This document shows, piece by piece, positions 18,825 to 28,458 of a DNA stretch of 64,000 bases. The DNA is from Ruminococcus sp. (GTDB lineage Bacteria > Bacillota > Clostridia > Oscillospirales > Ruminococcaceae), in contig JAHZHC010000016.1 of assembly GCA_019420505.1 (NCBI GenBank), positions 3,838 to 67,837 of the forward strand, given 5' to 3'. Every line of letters starts with the position of its first letter. The first letter of the stretch is position 1. The notes beneath the pieces were generated by a model. It was not told the DNA's origin, did not search any database, and worked only from the letters and a program-made list of their open reading frames with translations. Made by a program: the position numbers and the translations under genes.

Positions 18825-19336
18825 TAAAATAATCTCACTATCAAGGCTGAGAAAACAAAGCAGGTAAAGTCTGCTGTTAAAGATGATATAAATACTTTTG
18901 ACTCCGCTTTTAATCGTACTGCCGAATAATAAACTGCAATTGTATAAAATGTTGTTTCTGATGAACCCATTAACACACTTGCTACTCTTCCGGCATAGCT
19001 ATCAGGTGAAATATCACCAAGCAATGATTCAAATACGGCTATTGCACCGCTGCCGGAAATTGGTCTTATCAGCGCAAGGGAAGTACATTCTGACGGAAAT
19101 CCCAAAGCCTGCGTCAAGGGTGAAAGCAGATCTGACAAAATTCTAATTGTGCCGGAAGCAGACAGCATCTCAATAGAAGTTAATAATACGATTAACGGCG
19201 GAATCAAATCAACTGCAATCAACAGATTTTCTTTTGCACCTTGTATAAATACATTAAATATATCTACCTTTTTTATTAATGCATAAACAAATATAATACA
19301 AATTATAAGAGGTATCAGTAAATCAGAAACGCTCAT
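18821..19336 (-). CDS. spmB: Spore maturation protein B
   Basis: 171-aa polytopic membrane protein of the nucleoside-recognition (Gate) type. It overlaps spmA by 14 nt, the classical spmA-spmB arrangement. Confidence 0.75.
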   Translation of the reverse strand: MSVSDLLIPLIICIIFVYALIKKVDIFNVFIQGAKENLLIAVDLIPPLIVLLTSIEMLSASGTIRILSDLLSPLTQALGFPSECTSLALIRPISGSGAIAVFESLLGDISPDSYAGRVASVLMGSSETTFYTIAVYYSAVRLKAESKVFISSLTADFTCFVFSALIVRLFY

Positions 19337-19904
19337 TTATTTTTCTCCTGTGCATATAAAGTACGGATATCATAGTACAGCCTGCAATAACAGATAAAAA
19401 TGATACTAATAATATTGGAATTGTACAATCCCAAGGTGTTACTGATCCATGAGCCATTCTCAGGGCTGCTACGGTGATGGATATAAGCTGTATTGAAGAA
19501 GTATTTAAAACTACAAGCATAGCCATATTTCGACTTTTGTTTTCGTAATTATCAAGATGTTTTATGGCCTTTATTCCAAGTGGTGTAGCAGCATTACCAA
19601 GTCCAAAAAGATTTGCTGTTATATTCATGCAGATCGTTTCAAAGGCTTTACTTTGTGTTGAAAGCGACGGAAATAACAGACTGATTGGTTTTCTGAGAAA
19701 CAATGCAATTTTGTTAGTCAAGCCGGCTTTTTCAGCTACTTTCATAACGCCGCCCCACAACGCCATTGCCCCTGCAAGGCTGCCAACTGTTTTCAATGCT
19801 TTACCGGAAGCTTGAAGCACTGATTGAGAAAGCTCCGATGTATTCCCATTAATTATTGAAACTAATAAAGATATTACCATAAATAATGTTATTATATAGT
19901 TCAC
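19323..19904 (-). CDS. spmA: Spore maturation protein A
   Basis: 193-aa membrane protein. AMALWGGVMKVAEKAGL is typical of SpmA/Gate-domain proteins. Confidence 0.75.
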   Translation of the reverse strand: MNYIITLFMVISLLVSIINGNTSELSQSVLQASGKALKTVGSLAGAMALWGGVMKVAEKAGLTNKIALFLRKPISLLFPSLSTQSKAFETICMNITANLFGLGNAATPLGIKAIKHLDNYENKSRNMAMLVVLNTSSIQLISITVAALRMAHGSVTPWDCTIPILLVSFLSVIAGCTMISVLYMHRRKINERF

Positions 19905-19975
19905 TATTTCTTCACCTTTTGTTAAAGATATATTTGGATATTTTACGATTTAATGATAATTTTTTGAGATTATGC

Positions 19976-20005
19976 TTGACAAAAAACGACAAGCTATGTT
20001 ATAAT
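19976..20005 (+). promoter_or_regulatory. Putative sigma-A promoter of abrB
   Basis: TTGACA-18 nt-TATAAT with an extended -10 (TGtTATAAT). Confidence 0.6.
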
Positions 20006-20060
20006 GTAATTGTCATAAACTTTTTATGAATTTAGATTTTATTTAAAGGGGATTATTATT

Positions 20061-20306
20061 ATGAAATCTACAGGAATCGTAAGAAAAGTTGATGAACTTG
20101 GAAGAATCGTATTGCCAATCGAATTAAGAAGAACATATGATTTGGCAATAAAGGATGCTGTTGAAATCTACACAGATGACGACATGATTATCCTTAAGAA
20201 GTTCCAGCGTACATGTGTATTCTGCAACAGCCCAGAGGATGTTGTTGAATACAAAGGCAAGACAATTTGTTCAGAATGTATGGCAGAGCTTAAAGGAAAC
20301 AAGTAA
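20061..20306 (+). CDS. abrB: AbrB/SpoVT-family transition-state regulator
   Basis: MKSTGIVRKVDELGRIVLPIELRR is the swapped-hairpin AbrB N-domain. The clostridial-type C-terminus has CVFC...CSEC. Confidence 0.85.
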   Translation: MKSTGIVRKVDELGRIVLPIELRRTYDLAIKDAVEIYTDDDMIILKKFQRTCVFCNSPEDVVEYKGKTICSECMAELKGNK

Positions 20307-20317
20307 ATCAGCAGGAA

Positions 20318-20347
20318 AACAGGGAACATTTTAGTTCCCTGTTTTTA
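20318..20347 (+). terminator. Intrinsic terminator after abrB
   Basis: AACAGGGAAC-attttag-(G)TTCCCTGTT followed by TTTT. Confidence 0.7.
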
Positions 20348-20376
20348 TTGTTATTCTTTTAAAGTAATAATTATGC

Positions 20377-20404
20377 AAAAAAGCGGTCAAGAATTTGACC
20401 GCTT
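20377..20404 (-). terminator. Intrinsic terminator after the tagH-like gene
   Basis: Minus strand reads AAGCGGTCAA-attc-TTGACCGCTT followed by TTTTTT. Confidence 0.65.
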
Positions 20405-20407
20405 AAT

Positions 20408-21130
20408 TTATTTTTTATTATACAATTCAAAAGCTTTATCAATTTCTCCGTCATATTCTACCTTGCCGCCTTTTAAATAAATAGCACGACTGCATGTATC
20501 TTTTATGGAACTATTTGAATGAGAAACAAATAAAACAGTTACACCGGAGTTGATTAACTCTTTGATTTTATTGTTACATTTCTTTTTAAATTCAGCATCT
20601 CCAACACTAAGTGCTTCATCAATAACAAGAATATCCGGTTTTATATTAATATTAATAGCAAAACCAAGCCGCATTTTCATTCCGCTTGAATATGTTCTTA
20701 CCGGCTGATCAATATATTCCCCCAAATCAGCAAAAGAAACAATATCATTTTCAAGGGATTTGATTTCATCATCATTTAAACCCAAAAGATACCCCTTAAG
20801 ATATATATTCTCCATTCCTGTCATATCCGGTGAAAAACCTGCCGTTAACTCAAGAAGTGCAGCTACTTTTCCTCTGACAACAATCTCGCCCGAATCCGGA
20901 AAAGTGACGCCTGTAATCATTTTCAAAACTGTTGACTTCCCTGCACCGTTCTTACCGATTATGCCCACAGATTCACCGGGATAGATTTTAAAATTAATGC
21001 CATTTAAAGCTTTATGTCGCTTTACACCACGATTATTATTAAAAATGGCCTTAAAACGTGCTTTTTCATTTTTATAAAGCAGATATTCTTTATGAACATC
21101 AGAAAATTCAATAATCGGTTGTTTTTCCAT
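20408..21130 (-). CDS. ABC transporter ATP-binding protein, polysaccharide/teichoic-acid export (TagH-like)
   Basis: Walker A GKNGAGKST, signature YSSGMKMRL and Walker B ILVIDEA. Paired with an ABC-2 permease. Confidence 0.85.
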   Translation of the reverse strand: MEKQPIIEFSDVHKEYLLYKNEKARFKAIFNNNRGVKRHKALNGINFKIYPGESVGIIGKNGAGKSTVLKMITGVTFPDSGEIVVRGKVAALLELTAGFSPDMTGMENIYLKGYLLGLNDDEIKSLENDIVSFADLGEYIDQPVRTYSSGMKMRLGFAININIKPDILVIDEALSVGDAEFKKKCNNKIKELINSGVTVLFVSHSNSSIKDTCSRAIYLKGGKVEYDGEIDKAFELYNKK

Positions 21131-21158
21131 ATTGTATACCTTTCAGATTTGAATTAAA

Positions 21159-22019
21159 TTATAAAATATCAGGAAGAATTTTTCTAAGCTTTTTATAATA
21201 ATGTGATCCTATGAAAATCAACAAAATAAATTCAACATAGAATATCAACGTTTCCGTTGTGTAGTTACTGTCAAATATAAATTCATTATACAAAAAGCTT
21301 TTACGGTATCCATTCACAAAATAATTAATAGGATTAATATACATTAATCTTTTTATCCAAATATTGCTGACATCATAGGTGTTCCAGAATATACCTGACA
21401 GCCAAAACAGACCTGTTATAATCGAATTTATAAGATTCTCAAAGTCTTTACTGAATGCGCTTAACGGTGCTGTAGCCCAGGATAAAACCAAGAAAAACAG
21501 GAACATCATAGGACAGTAATAGAAGAACTGAAGATTATATACAGACGGACCATATCCAAAACACAAAACAACTACATACATTATCACGCACAGCATTGCA
21601 TGTACATAAAGCGTAGATAATGATGTAAAGGTCATTATATTTGAAACAGGAAAAGAAAGTTTAGTTACGAACTGACGGTTTTGTCTGATGCATCTTGAGC
21701 CGCCTATAATGTTTTCACTTATAAAAAACCACGGAACATAACCTGTAAGCATAAAAACAAATCTCGGATATCCGTTTACATATCCTGAAGCTCTCAGTCC
21801 TATTGCAAATGCAAACCAAAGTATGAACAAAGTGAAAGTCGGTTTAATAAGAGCCCATATTGATCCAAGAGCCGCACCTTTGTATTTCTTTTTCAATTCA
21901 TTTACAGACAAAAGAATAATTTGTTTCCTTTGTCCTTTATGCTCATTAATTATATTTGTCAATCCAAAAAAATCAAACTTATTTTTGTTGATGTTAATCA
22001 CCTCAAAAGTCAGAACCAT
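21159..22019 (-). CDS. ABC-2 type transporter permease (TagG-like)
   Basis: About 6 TM segments. The N-terminal LKKKYKGAALGSIWALIKP motif is typical of TagG/Wzm permeases. Confidence 0.8.
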   Translation of the reverse strand: MVLTFEVININKNKFDFFGLTNIINEHKGQRKQIILLSVNELKKKYKGAALGSIWALIKPTFTLFILWFAFAIGLRASGYVNGYPRFVFMLTGYVPWFFISENIIGGSRCIRQNRQFVTKLSFPVSNIMTFTSLSTLYVHAMLCVIMYVVVLCFGYGPSVYNLQFFYYCPMMFLFFLVLSWATAPLSAFSKDFENLINSIITGLFWLSGIFWNTYDVSNIWIKRLMYINPINYFVNGYRKSFLYNEFIFDSNYTTETLIFYVEFILLIFIGSHYYKKLRKILPDIL

Positions 22020-22030
22020 TTATTAATCTG

Positions 22031-22873
22031 TTATCGTCTTAAAAATCTTTTATATATTTTACCGGTACATCTTTTAGGAAGGATAAAGATTATCATCTGC
22101 ATTGTACACGGAACTATAAAATCAAGAATATTTGAAAATCCCATTTTATATATTCTCCATCTTACAGAAATAAAAGATTTTGTATTAGCCCAATTCTGGC
22201 GGCGTTCATAATTGCTTTTAGAAACACGATATTTAACTAAAACCTCTTGAATATTAGCACCTTTTGCACCATTATTAAGCATTCTGACAACAAAATCGTA
22301 GTCCTCACAACGTTTTACTGTAGTATATCCGCCTATTTTTTTTGCAAAGCTTTTTTTAAAAACAAGCGTTTGATTATTAAACGGATTTCTTCGTTTTGCA
22401 TATTTATAGATTGCTTCATGATCTTCAGGAGTTTTCTTTACGGCAATAAAATCATTAGTTTCAGTATCAAATTCTTCGATAAAAGCTCCGCACATATCAA
22501 GATCAGGATATTTGCTAAGAAGACTTAACTGTTTTTCGCACCTGTCAGGCAAGGCTATATCATCAGAATCCATTTTAACTATATATTCGTTCAAGCAAGC
22601 ATCAATGCCAATATTGGCACATTCACCTGTACCAACATTATTCTTCAACCTTATAATATGAAAAATATCATTATATAGCTGTTCATACTTGGAAATCACT
22701 TCATTCAGCTTGTCCGTTAACTTTCCGTCACAAACAAGTACAAAATCATTTGTTTGATAGGACTGGTTAATCATACTGTTAATGCTTTGTTCCAAATACT
22801 CAGCTTTTTCCCCGGAATAAACTGACATCAAAATACTATAGGGTGGTAAGCGCCCTATGTCAGACTTCATCAT
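22031..22873 (-). CDS. Family 2 glycosyltransferase
   Basis: SILMSVYSGEKAEYLEQSINSMINQ and the MDSDD (DxD) motif. GGAGG lies 6 nt before the ATG. Confidence 0.85.
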   Translation of the reverse strand: MMKSDIGRLPPYSILMSVYSGEKAEYLEQSINSMINQSYQTNDFVLVCDGKLTDKLNEVISKYEQLYNDIFHIIRLKNNVGTGECANIGIDACLNEYIVKMDSDDIALPDRCEKQLSLLSKYPDLDMCGAFIEEFDTETNDFIAVKKTPEDHEAIYKYAKRRNPFNNQTLVFKKSFAKKIGGYTTVKRCEDYDFVVRMLNNGAKGANIQEVLVKYRVSKSNYERRQNWANTKSFISVRWRIYKMGFSNILDFIVPCTMQMIIFILPKRCTGKIYKRFLRR

Positions 22874-22903
22874 ATTATTCCTCCTACTATTAAAACATAA
22901 GTT

Positions 22904-22932
22904 ATTATATCATTTTGACATGTTTTTGTCAA
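22904..22932 (-). promoter_or_regulatory. Putative sigma-A promoter of the GT2-tagG-tagH operon
   Basis: Minus strand reads TTGACA-17 nt-TATAAT with TGa upstream of the -10. The -35 is part of a TTGACA-N6-TGTCAA inverted repeat. Confidence 0.55.
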
Positions 22933-22940
22933 GTTACATA

Positions 22941-22968
22941 GTAAAAACAGACGCATAAGAGCGTCTGG
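22941..22968 (-). terminator. Intrinsic terminator after gatD
   Basis: Minus strand reads CCAGACGC-tcttat-GCGTCTG followed by TTTTT. Confidence 0.65.
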
Positions 22969-22974
22969 ATATAC

Positions 22975-23715
22975 CTATTTTAGCAGTCTTTTCAAAAGCA
23001 CTTCCCTACATCTGTTTTCAAGGTCGTCGTTTATCTTAGCAAGCTTAATATTATCATCAGAACTGCGGTTTATACAATATTCGATAATATAATCTGCTAC
23101 TTCAGGGTTTTTGGAAAGCAATGGTCCGTGAAGATAGGTTGCTATTACATTTTTCTCAAAATAGCCTTCACTGGTGTCATTAAAACAATTGCCGTTTCCG
23201 AAAACAACTTTTCCAAACGGCATACTGACATTTGAAGTTTGTCCTCCGTGATTTTCAAATCCTATAACCTTTGTTTTTCTTCCGTTAAGATCAGCTTCCA
23301 AGATAATATTACCGATACACCTTTTCCCCTTATCAGGTGAGGCTACAGTATAATAATCAAACAACCCCAATCCCGGAATTTTTTCTTTATTAGAGTCAAT
23401 ATAATACTGACCCATAAGCTGATATCCGCCGCAAATCAACAACAAAAAAGCACCTTTTTTATATGCTGACACAATTGAGTCCTTGCATTTCTGCAAATCC
23501 TCTTCAAGAAGCTGCTGTTCAAAATCTGCGCCTCCGCCAAGATAAATCAAGTCATATTTTGAAAAATCAGTATTTTCAGTTCCAAGGCTGTGATATTCAA
23601 CAATACATTCTATATTACGCATTTTGCAGCGATATTTCAATACTTCTATATTACCGCTGTCACCATATAGATCCAATATATTTGAATACATATGCAGAAT
23701 TTTTATGGTATTCAT
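22975..23715 (-). CDS. gatD: Lipid II isoglutaminyl synthase, glutaminase subunit GatD (CobQ-like amidotransferase)
   Basis: The nucleophile Cys lies in LLICGGYQL and the His in YLHGPLLSKNP. It has a 4-nt overlap with murT. Confidence 0.8.
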   Translation of the reverse strand: MNTIKILHMYSNILDLYGDSGNIEVLKYRCKMRNIECIVEYHSLGTENTDFSKYDLIYLGGGADFEQQLLEEDLQKCKDSIVSAYKKGAFLLLICGGYQLMGQYYIDSNKEKIPGLGLFDYYTVASPDKGKRCIGNIILEADLNGRKTKVIGFENHGGQTSNVSMPFGKVVFGNGNCFNDTSEGYFEKNVIATYLHGPLLSKNPEVADYIIEYCINRSSDDNIKLAKINDDLENRCREVLLKRLLK

Positions 23716-25058
23716 TTGATTGTTTCCGCCTTTCCGTTGATAAAGTTTCTTATCGCTGATCTTGTTGGCTGGACTGCTGTATAATTTGCAATGGCATATT
23801 TTCTGCTATTTGTAGAGAATATTGATTCAACAGCATCATTTAAATCAGGTTTAACAATTATTTTTTCAGGATCATATCCGCTGTTTTTTATTCTTACAGC
23901 TATATCAAAAGCACGGGTACCGGAAGTTACGACACGGGTCACATTATTAAAAATCGTAAAATTAATATCCCAGATCCAGGAAACATCATGTCCGTCTGCA
24001 AGATTATCATTCAGAACAAACAACAATTCTTTTTCATTTTCATCTTCATTAAGCATTCTCAGGGTCATATTCGCTCCAACAGGATTCTTTGCTAAATTAA
24101 GCGTAAGTAAGCTGTCTTTATATATGAAATTTTCCATACGGCCATTGTCGACCCTGAATTTTAAAAAGCAATTACGTACTATCTCTCTGTCAATATTATA
24201 TATTTTTGACGCAGTATAAACTGCAGCAAGATTATACATATTGTAAATACTGTTGTTTAACGTTATATATTTCTCCCCGTCAACAGTAAATGATGGTTCT
24301 TTCAAATCAACGTCCTTTAATTGAACATACGGCTTTACATTGCCAAAACCGCAATTAGGACAATAAAAATTTCCTACATGAGAATATTGATAATAATCAT
24401 ACTTTAAAGCTGTGCCGCATTCCGGACAAAAATGCCCTTCACCAGCCTCATAAAGCTTATCGGTTGCATACTTATACTTTTCAACACTGAAGTAATAAAT
24501 ATTTTTGTTATCGGGATTAGCAAGTCCAAGACGATAGGTATTAGGATCATCACCGTTTAGTATTAAATTTCCATCAAAAGTTTCTAAAAATCTTTTAACT
24601 TTTAAAATTAAAGTTTCAACCTCACCGTTTCTGTCAAGCTGATCCCTGAAAAAATTCAGAACCACAAGAGTTTCAAGCTTCAATTGTGAAAAAACAACAG
24701 GAACATGCGATTCATCAACCTCTAAAACAAGATAATCGGCGTGTACTTTTCCTGTCATTGTACAATTATTCAGCAGGAGAGAACAAATTCCTGTATCAAG
24801 GTTATTACCCTGATGATTTGTAATAATATGCTTGTCCCCTTGTGAAAAAATATTATTCAGATAATTTGTCACGGAAGTTTTACCGTTTGTACCGGTAACA
24901 GCAATAATGGGACAATCTACTTTAAATGCTCTTAAACACTTTTTATTTAAGGTCCAAAGCACAAGTCCCGGAGCATTTCCGGCATCTCGCTTTAAAATGT
25001 GCAATGTTTTTACCATTAATTTTCCGAAAAACACAGTTAATAAGTCAACAATTTTCAT
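23712..25058 (-). CDS. murT: Lipid II isoglutaminyl synthase, Mur-ligase-like subunit MurT
   Basis: P-loop AVTGTNGKTS, Cys4 ribbon CPECG...CPNCG, and a C-terminal DUF1727-like region DVSWIWDINF. Confidence 0.85.
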   Translation of the reverse strand: MKIVDLLTVFFGKLMVKTLHILKRDAGNAPGLVLWTLNKKCLRAFKVDCPIIAVTGTNGKTSVTNYLNNIFSQGDKHIITNHQGNNLDTGICSLLLNNCTMTGKVHADYLVLEVDESHVPVVFSQLKLETLVVLNFFRDQLDRNGEVETLILKVKRFLETFDGNLILNGDDPNTYRLGLANPDNKNIYYFSVEKYKYATDKLYEAGEGHFCPECGTALKYDYYQYSHVGNFYCPNCGFGNVKPYVQLKDVDLKEPSFTVDGEKYITLNNSIYNMYNLAAVYTASKIYNIDREIVRNCFLKFRVDNGRMENFIYKDSLLTLNLAKNPVGANMTLRMLNEDENEKELLFVLNDNLADGHDVSWIWDINFTIFNNVTRVVTSGTRAFDIAVRIKNSGYDPEKIIVKPDLNDAVESIFSTNSRKYAIANYTAVQPTRSAIRNFINGKAETIK

Positions 25059-25289
25059 ATTTATGATTATGCCCCTGCTCAGAGCATATCCTCCTCTTAA
25101 AGTTTTCAGCTTATAATATACTTTCTATAGTATTACTTTTTTTTATAATTGTCAATAGAAATGAATATAATTAACATGATGATAATTATAAACTTCAATT
25201 TTTCAAAAAATTATTAGTCAATATTAACAAAATTTCATATGCGTTTACAGCCATAATATTCAAAGAAAATAGCATAATATGTTTTTTTC

Positions 25290-25318
25290 TTGCTAAAATA
25301 TTTTATTTGTGTTATAAT
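25290..25318 (+). promoter_or_regulatory. Putative sigma-A promoter
   Basis: TTGCTA-17 nt-TATAAT with an extended -10 (TGtTATAAT). Confidence 0.5.
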
Positions 25319-25355
25319 TAGATGTAACTATTAAATTTATTAAGGAGGACTTTCT

Positions 25356-26216
25356 ATGCTTTACACATTAAAAAATGATTATATTACAATAACTGCCGAT
25401 ACCTTTGGCGCTGAGCTTCACTCAATCAAAGGTAATGAAATTGAATATTTATGGCAGTGCGGACCATCATGGAATAGATATGCACCCATTCTCTTCCCTT
25501 TTATTTGTTCACCAACCGGAAAGAAGTATTCTGCCAAAGGAAAAGAATATACAATGCCTTCAAATCATGGTTTTGCAAGAGACAGTGAATTTGAAGTTTT
25601 GAAGCAGACCGATAATTCCATTTCATTTGTTTTGAAATCAAATGAAAAAACCTTGTCGGTTTATCCTTATAACTTTGAATTTATTGTTTCATATACTATC
25701 AATAAAAATCAGGTTATTGTTTCGAACATAGTTAAAAATACTGATAATGACAAAATGTATTTTTACGTTGGAGGACATCCCGCATTTAACTGTCCAATAG
25801 AAAAAGATTTGGATTTTTCTGATTATTATGTTGAATACGATAAAAAGGAAAATATTATACAGAGCCTTCCTGATAATAAAAAGAGAACAATACTTGACAA
25901 TGAAAACATACTTCCGATAAGCCGTGAATTATTTGCTTTTGATGTAATAATGAAAGATTCACCTGCTTCAGATAATATTACATTAAAATCAAACAAAGGC
26001 TCTCGTTCAGTAACTGTGTCTTTCCCGGAAAGCAATTGCATAGCTGTATGGTCTCCTACAGGAGATGATAATGCAGCTTTTGTTTGTCTTGAGCCTTGGA
26101 CTTCCGTCCCCACATATGCTGATGATGACAACTTTGATATTGAAAATAAAAAGCATGCTATTGAACTTGAAAGCGGAAAAGAATTTGATTATAAATATTC
26201 CATTATTATAAACTGA
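25356..26216 (+). CDS. Aldose 1-epimerase family protein (LacX-like)
   Basis: 286 aa with mutarotase-like pattern (FGAEL.S..., PILFPF, HGFAR, GGHPAF, CLEPW). Confidence 0.7.
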   Translation: MLYTLKNDYITITADTFGAELHSIKGNEIEYLWQCGPSWNRYAPILFPFICSPTGKKYSAKGKEYTMPSNHGFARDSEFEVLKQTDNSISFVLKSNEKTLSVYPYNFEFIVSYTINKNQVIVSNIVKNTDNDKMYFYVGGHPAFNCPIEKDLDFSDYYVEYDKKENIIQSLPDNKKRTILDNENILPISRELFAFDVIMKDSPASDNITLKSNKGSRSVTVSFPESNCIAVWSPTGDDNAAFVCLEPWTSVPTYADDDNFDIENKKHAIELESGKEFDYKYSIIIN

Positions 26217-26227
26217 GGTGAAAATTA

Positions 26228-26686
26228 ATGAGGGCTGTTATACAGCGGGTTAAAAAAGCTAATGTTGATGTTAATGAAAAAACAGTCGGAGAAATATCAG
26301 AGGGATTTCTTATTCTTTTAGCTGCCGGAAACAAAGACACAAAAGCTGATTGTGAAAAGCTTGCGGAGAAAATTTCAAAACTCAGAATCTTTTCAGATAA
26401 AAATGACAAAATCAATTTATCTGTTAATGATATAAACGGAAATATATTGGTTGTATCTCAATTTACTTTATATGCAGATTGCAGAAAAGGTAATCGTCCG
26501 AGTTTTACTAATGCTTGCGAACCTATAACAGCAGAAAAACTATACGAACGTTTCATCGAGTGCCTAAAAACAAAAATTAACGGAAAAGTAGAACATGGAA
26601 TTTTTGGCGCTGATATGAAAGTATCATTAATTAACGATGGTCCATTTACTGTCGTTTTAGAAAGTATAAACGGTGAAATAATTTAA
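26228..26686 (+). CDS. dtd: D-aminoacyl-tRNA deacylase
   Basis: MRAVIQRV..., SQFTLYAD, and the C-terminal NDGPFT motif. Confidence 0.9.
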   Translation: MRAVIQRVKKANVDVNEKTVGEISEGFLILLAAGNKDTKADCEKLAEKISKLRIFSDKNDKINLSVNDINGNILVVSQFTLYADCRKGNRPSFTNACEPITAEKLYERFIECLKTKINGKVEHGIFGADMKVSLINDGPFTVVLESINGEII

Positions 26687-27027
26687 TGAATATTCAAATT
26701 TTCGGAAAAAGAAAGTGTTTTGATACTAAAAAAGCTGAACGCTTTTTTAAAGACAGAAATATAAAATTTCAATATATAGATTTAGAATTAAAAGGATTAA
26801 GCAAAGGTGAATATAATAGTATAAAAACAGCTGTTGGAGGATTTAAGAATCTGTTTGATGAAAATTCAAAAGATAAGACAGCTTTGCTTATAAAATATCT
26901 TTCCAATGATGATGACAAGGAAGAAAAACTTCTTGAAAATCCTAAGCTGTTTAAAACTCCTATAGTAAGGAACGGAAAACATGCTACTGTGGGATATTGT
27001 CCCGACGTATGGAAAGATTGGGAATAA
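26686..27027 (+). CDS. ArsC/Spx/YffB-family thioredoxin-fold protein
   Basis: 113 aa. IQIFGKRKCFDTKKAERFF at the N-terminus and PIVRNG near the C-terminus. Its start overlaps the dtd stop (TAATG). Confidence 0.7.
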   Translation: MNIQIFGKRKCFDTKKAERFFKDRNIKFQYIDLELKGLSKGEYNSIKTAVGGFKNLFDENSKDKTALLIKYLSNDDDKEEKLLENPKLFKTPIVRNGKHATVGYCPDVWKDWE

Positions 27028-27051
27028 ATATTTTATTTACTGGGAGGCTAT

Positions 27052-28404
27052 ATGAAAAACAGAATTAAAGCTTTGGGGTTGTGCTTTCTCATCTTAATTT
27101 CATTTTCCGGATGTTCCATTCCGGGTTTTACGCAGGATATTGACGATGAAGATGATTACTTATTTACCAAACCCACAACAGTTGAAAAAACGAAAAAAAA
27201 CGCTGAAACTATAGTATATAAATGGCTTAAAAGCCCTCAGATAAGAGCTGCCAATATTATATCGTTCGACGGAAGTCAAATAGATCCCGCTTTAAAGAAA
27301 AATGAAGCTTATAAAAAATATTCAATAATATATAACGACGGTAAATACGGTTTCATAGATTATAATGGTAAAAAAATAGTTTCTCCTGAATATGAACATT
27401 TTTATTTATGCCCATGTGGTGAAATGGTATTATACAATATTTTGAATTCAAATGAAGAATGTGAATATTGCACCATAAGCAGCACGGGAAAGGTTACACA
27501 TACTATTACAAAGCATGATAACACCTCTTCACTTTATTACTGGGATTCTAAAAATAAAAAAATTTATGAAAAAAGTGCTGACTCAAACTTTGTTACTCAA
27601 TATAACGGCAACAATCCAGTTATAGCTTTAAAAACAGAGATAACCAAATTGGAAAACGGTAATTTTGCGGCTTCACAACAAATTAACCCTGCATATGGAT
27701 TAATAAAAAACAATAAAATCATACTTGACTTTTTATATGAAAACTATTATACATCTGCGTCTGAAATTAATAATAAGTCTATTATTGCATTTAAACAGAA
27801 TGGAAAATGGGGATATATGAATGGAAAAGGCAAAATAATAATACCTTTTTCATGCAATGATATCTTAAGTTCTGACTGTGGAGAAATTATCGATTTTAAT
27901 GATAAGCTACATCCCTATCTTTTTTCAGACGGTTTTTTACCTGTATCCACCGATTCCGGTTACTGTTATTATGACACTGACGGGAATTGCGTAATTCCTA
28001 CCGGAGAATTTGAACAAGCACGTCCTGTACATAATGGTAAAGCATGGGTTCGTCAAAATGGGAAATGGGGTATAGTTCAAATCGGTGAAATCATTGAAGA
28101 GGAACCTCCAAAAACGACCAAGAAAAAAACAAGTAAGACAACCACAAAAAAGACGACCAAAAAAGAAAAAACTACAACTAAGAAAAAAACTTCTGTTACG
28201 AAAAAAACAACTAAAAAAACTGTAACTAAAAAGAAAACTCAAAAGATAACAACTACTGTCAAGCCTGTAACAACTAAAAAAACAAAACCTACTACTTCGA
28301 AATTAACTACATCTGAAACATCAGGCAATACATCACAATTACCTCAAACAACTCCATCAGTTTCACAAACTGCAAAACCTTCTGAACCTATTGTCACAGA
28401 ATAA
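27052..28404 (+). CDS. WG-repeat (KWG) lipoprotein with Lys/Thr-rich C-terminal tail
   Basis: Lipobox ISFSGC. Repeated GKYGFIDYNGK / GKWGYMNGKGK / GKWGIVQ motifs. The low-complexity T/K tract is encoded by A-rich DNA at about 28100-28290. Confidence 0.7.
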   Translation: MKNRIKALGLCFLILISFSGCSIPGFTQDIDDEDDYLFTKPTTVEKTKKNAETIVYKWLKSPQIRAANIISFDGSQIDPALKKNEAYKKYSIIYNDGKYGFIDYNGKKIVSPEYEHFYLCPCGEMVLYNILNSNEECEYCTISSTGKVTHTITKHDNTSSLYYWDSKNKKIYEKSADSNFVTQYNGNNPVIALKTEITKLENGNFAASQQINPAYGLIKNNKIILDFLYENYYTSASEINNKSIIAFKQNGKWGYMNGKGKIIIPFSCNDILSSDCGEIIDFNDKLHPYLFSDGFLPVSTDSGYCYYDTDGNCVIPTGEFEQARPVHNGKAWVRQNGKWGIVQIGEIIEEEPPKTTKKKTSKTTTKKTTKKEKTTTKKKTSVTKKTTKKTVTKKKTQKITTTVKPVTTKKTKPTTSKLTTSETSGNTSQLPQTTPSVSQTAKPSEPIVTE

Positions 28405-28405
28405 T

Positions 28406-28449
28406 AAAAAATCAAGGAACTTTAAATTATCAAAGTTCCTTGATTTTTA
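28406..28449. terminator. Bidirectional terminator between the lipoprotein gene and dapL
   Basis: ATCAAGGAACTTT-aaattatc-AAAGTTCCTTGAT (13-bp stem) flanked by an A-run and a T-run. Confidence 0.7.
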
Positions 28450-28458
28450 TTGTTTTAA

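Noticed and set aside
20061-20306. AbrB-fold protein as the antitoxin of a MazEF-type toxin-antitoxin pair.
   Set aside because: No toxin ORF is adjacent, since the gene is monocistronic with its own promoter and terminator. The C-terminal CxxC...CxxC region is typical of clostridial AbrB regulators.
28090-28300. Repetitive A-rich DNA that at first glance looks like a tandem repeat or CRISPR-like array.
   Set aside because: There is no fixed repeat unit or spacer periodicity. It is in-frame low-complexity coding for a K/T-rich tail.
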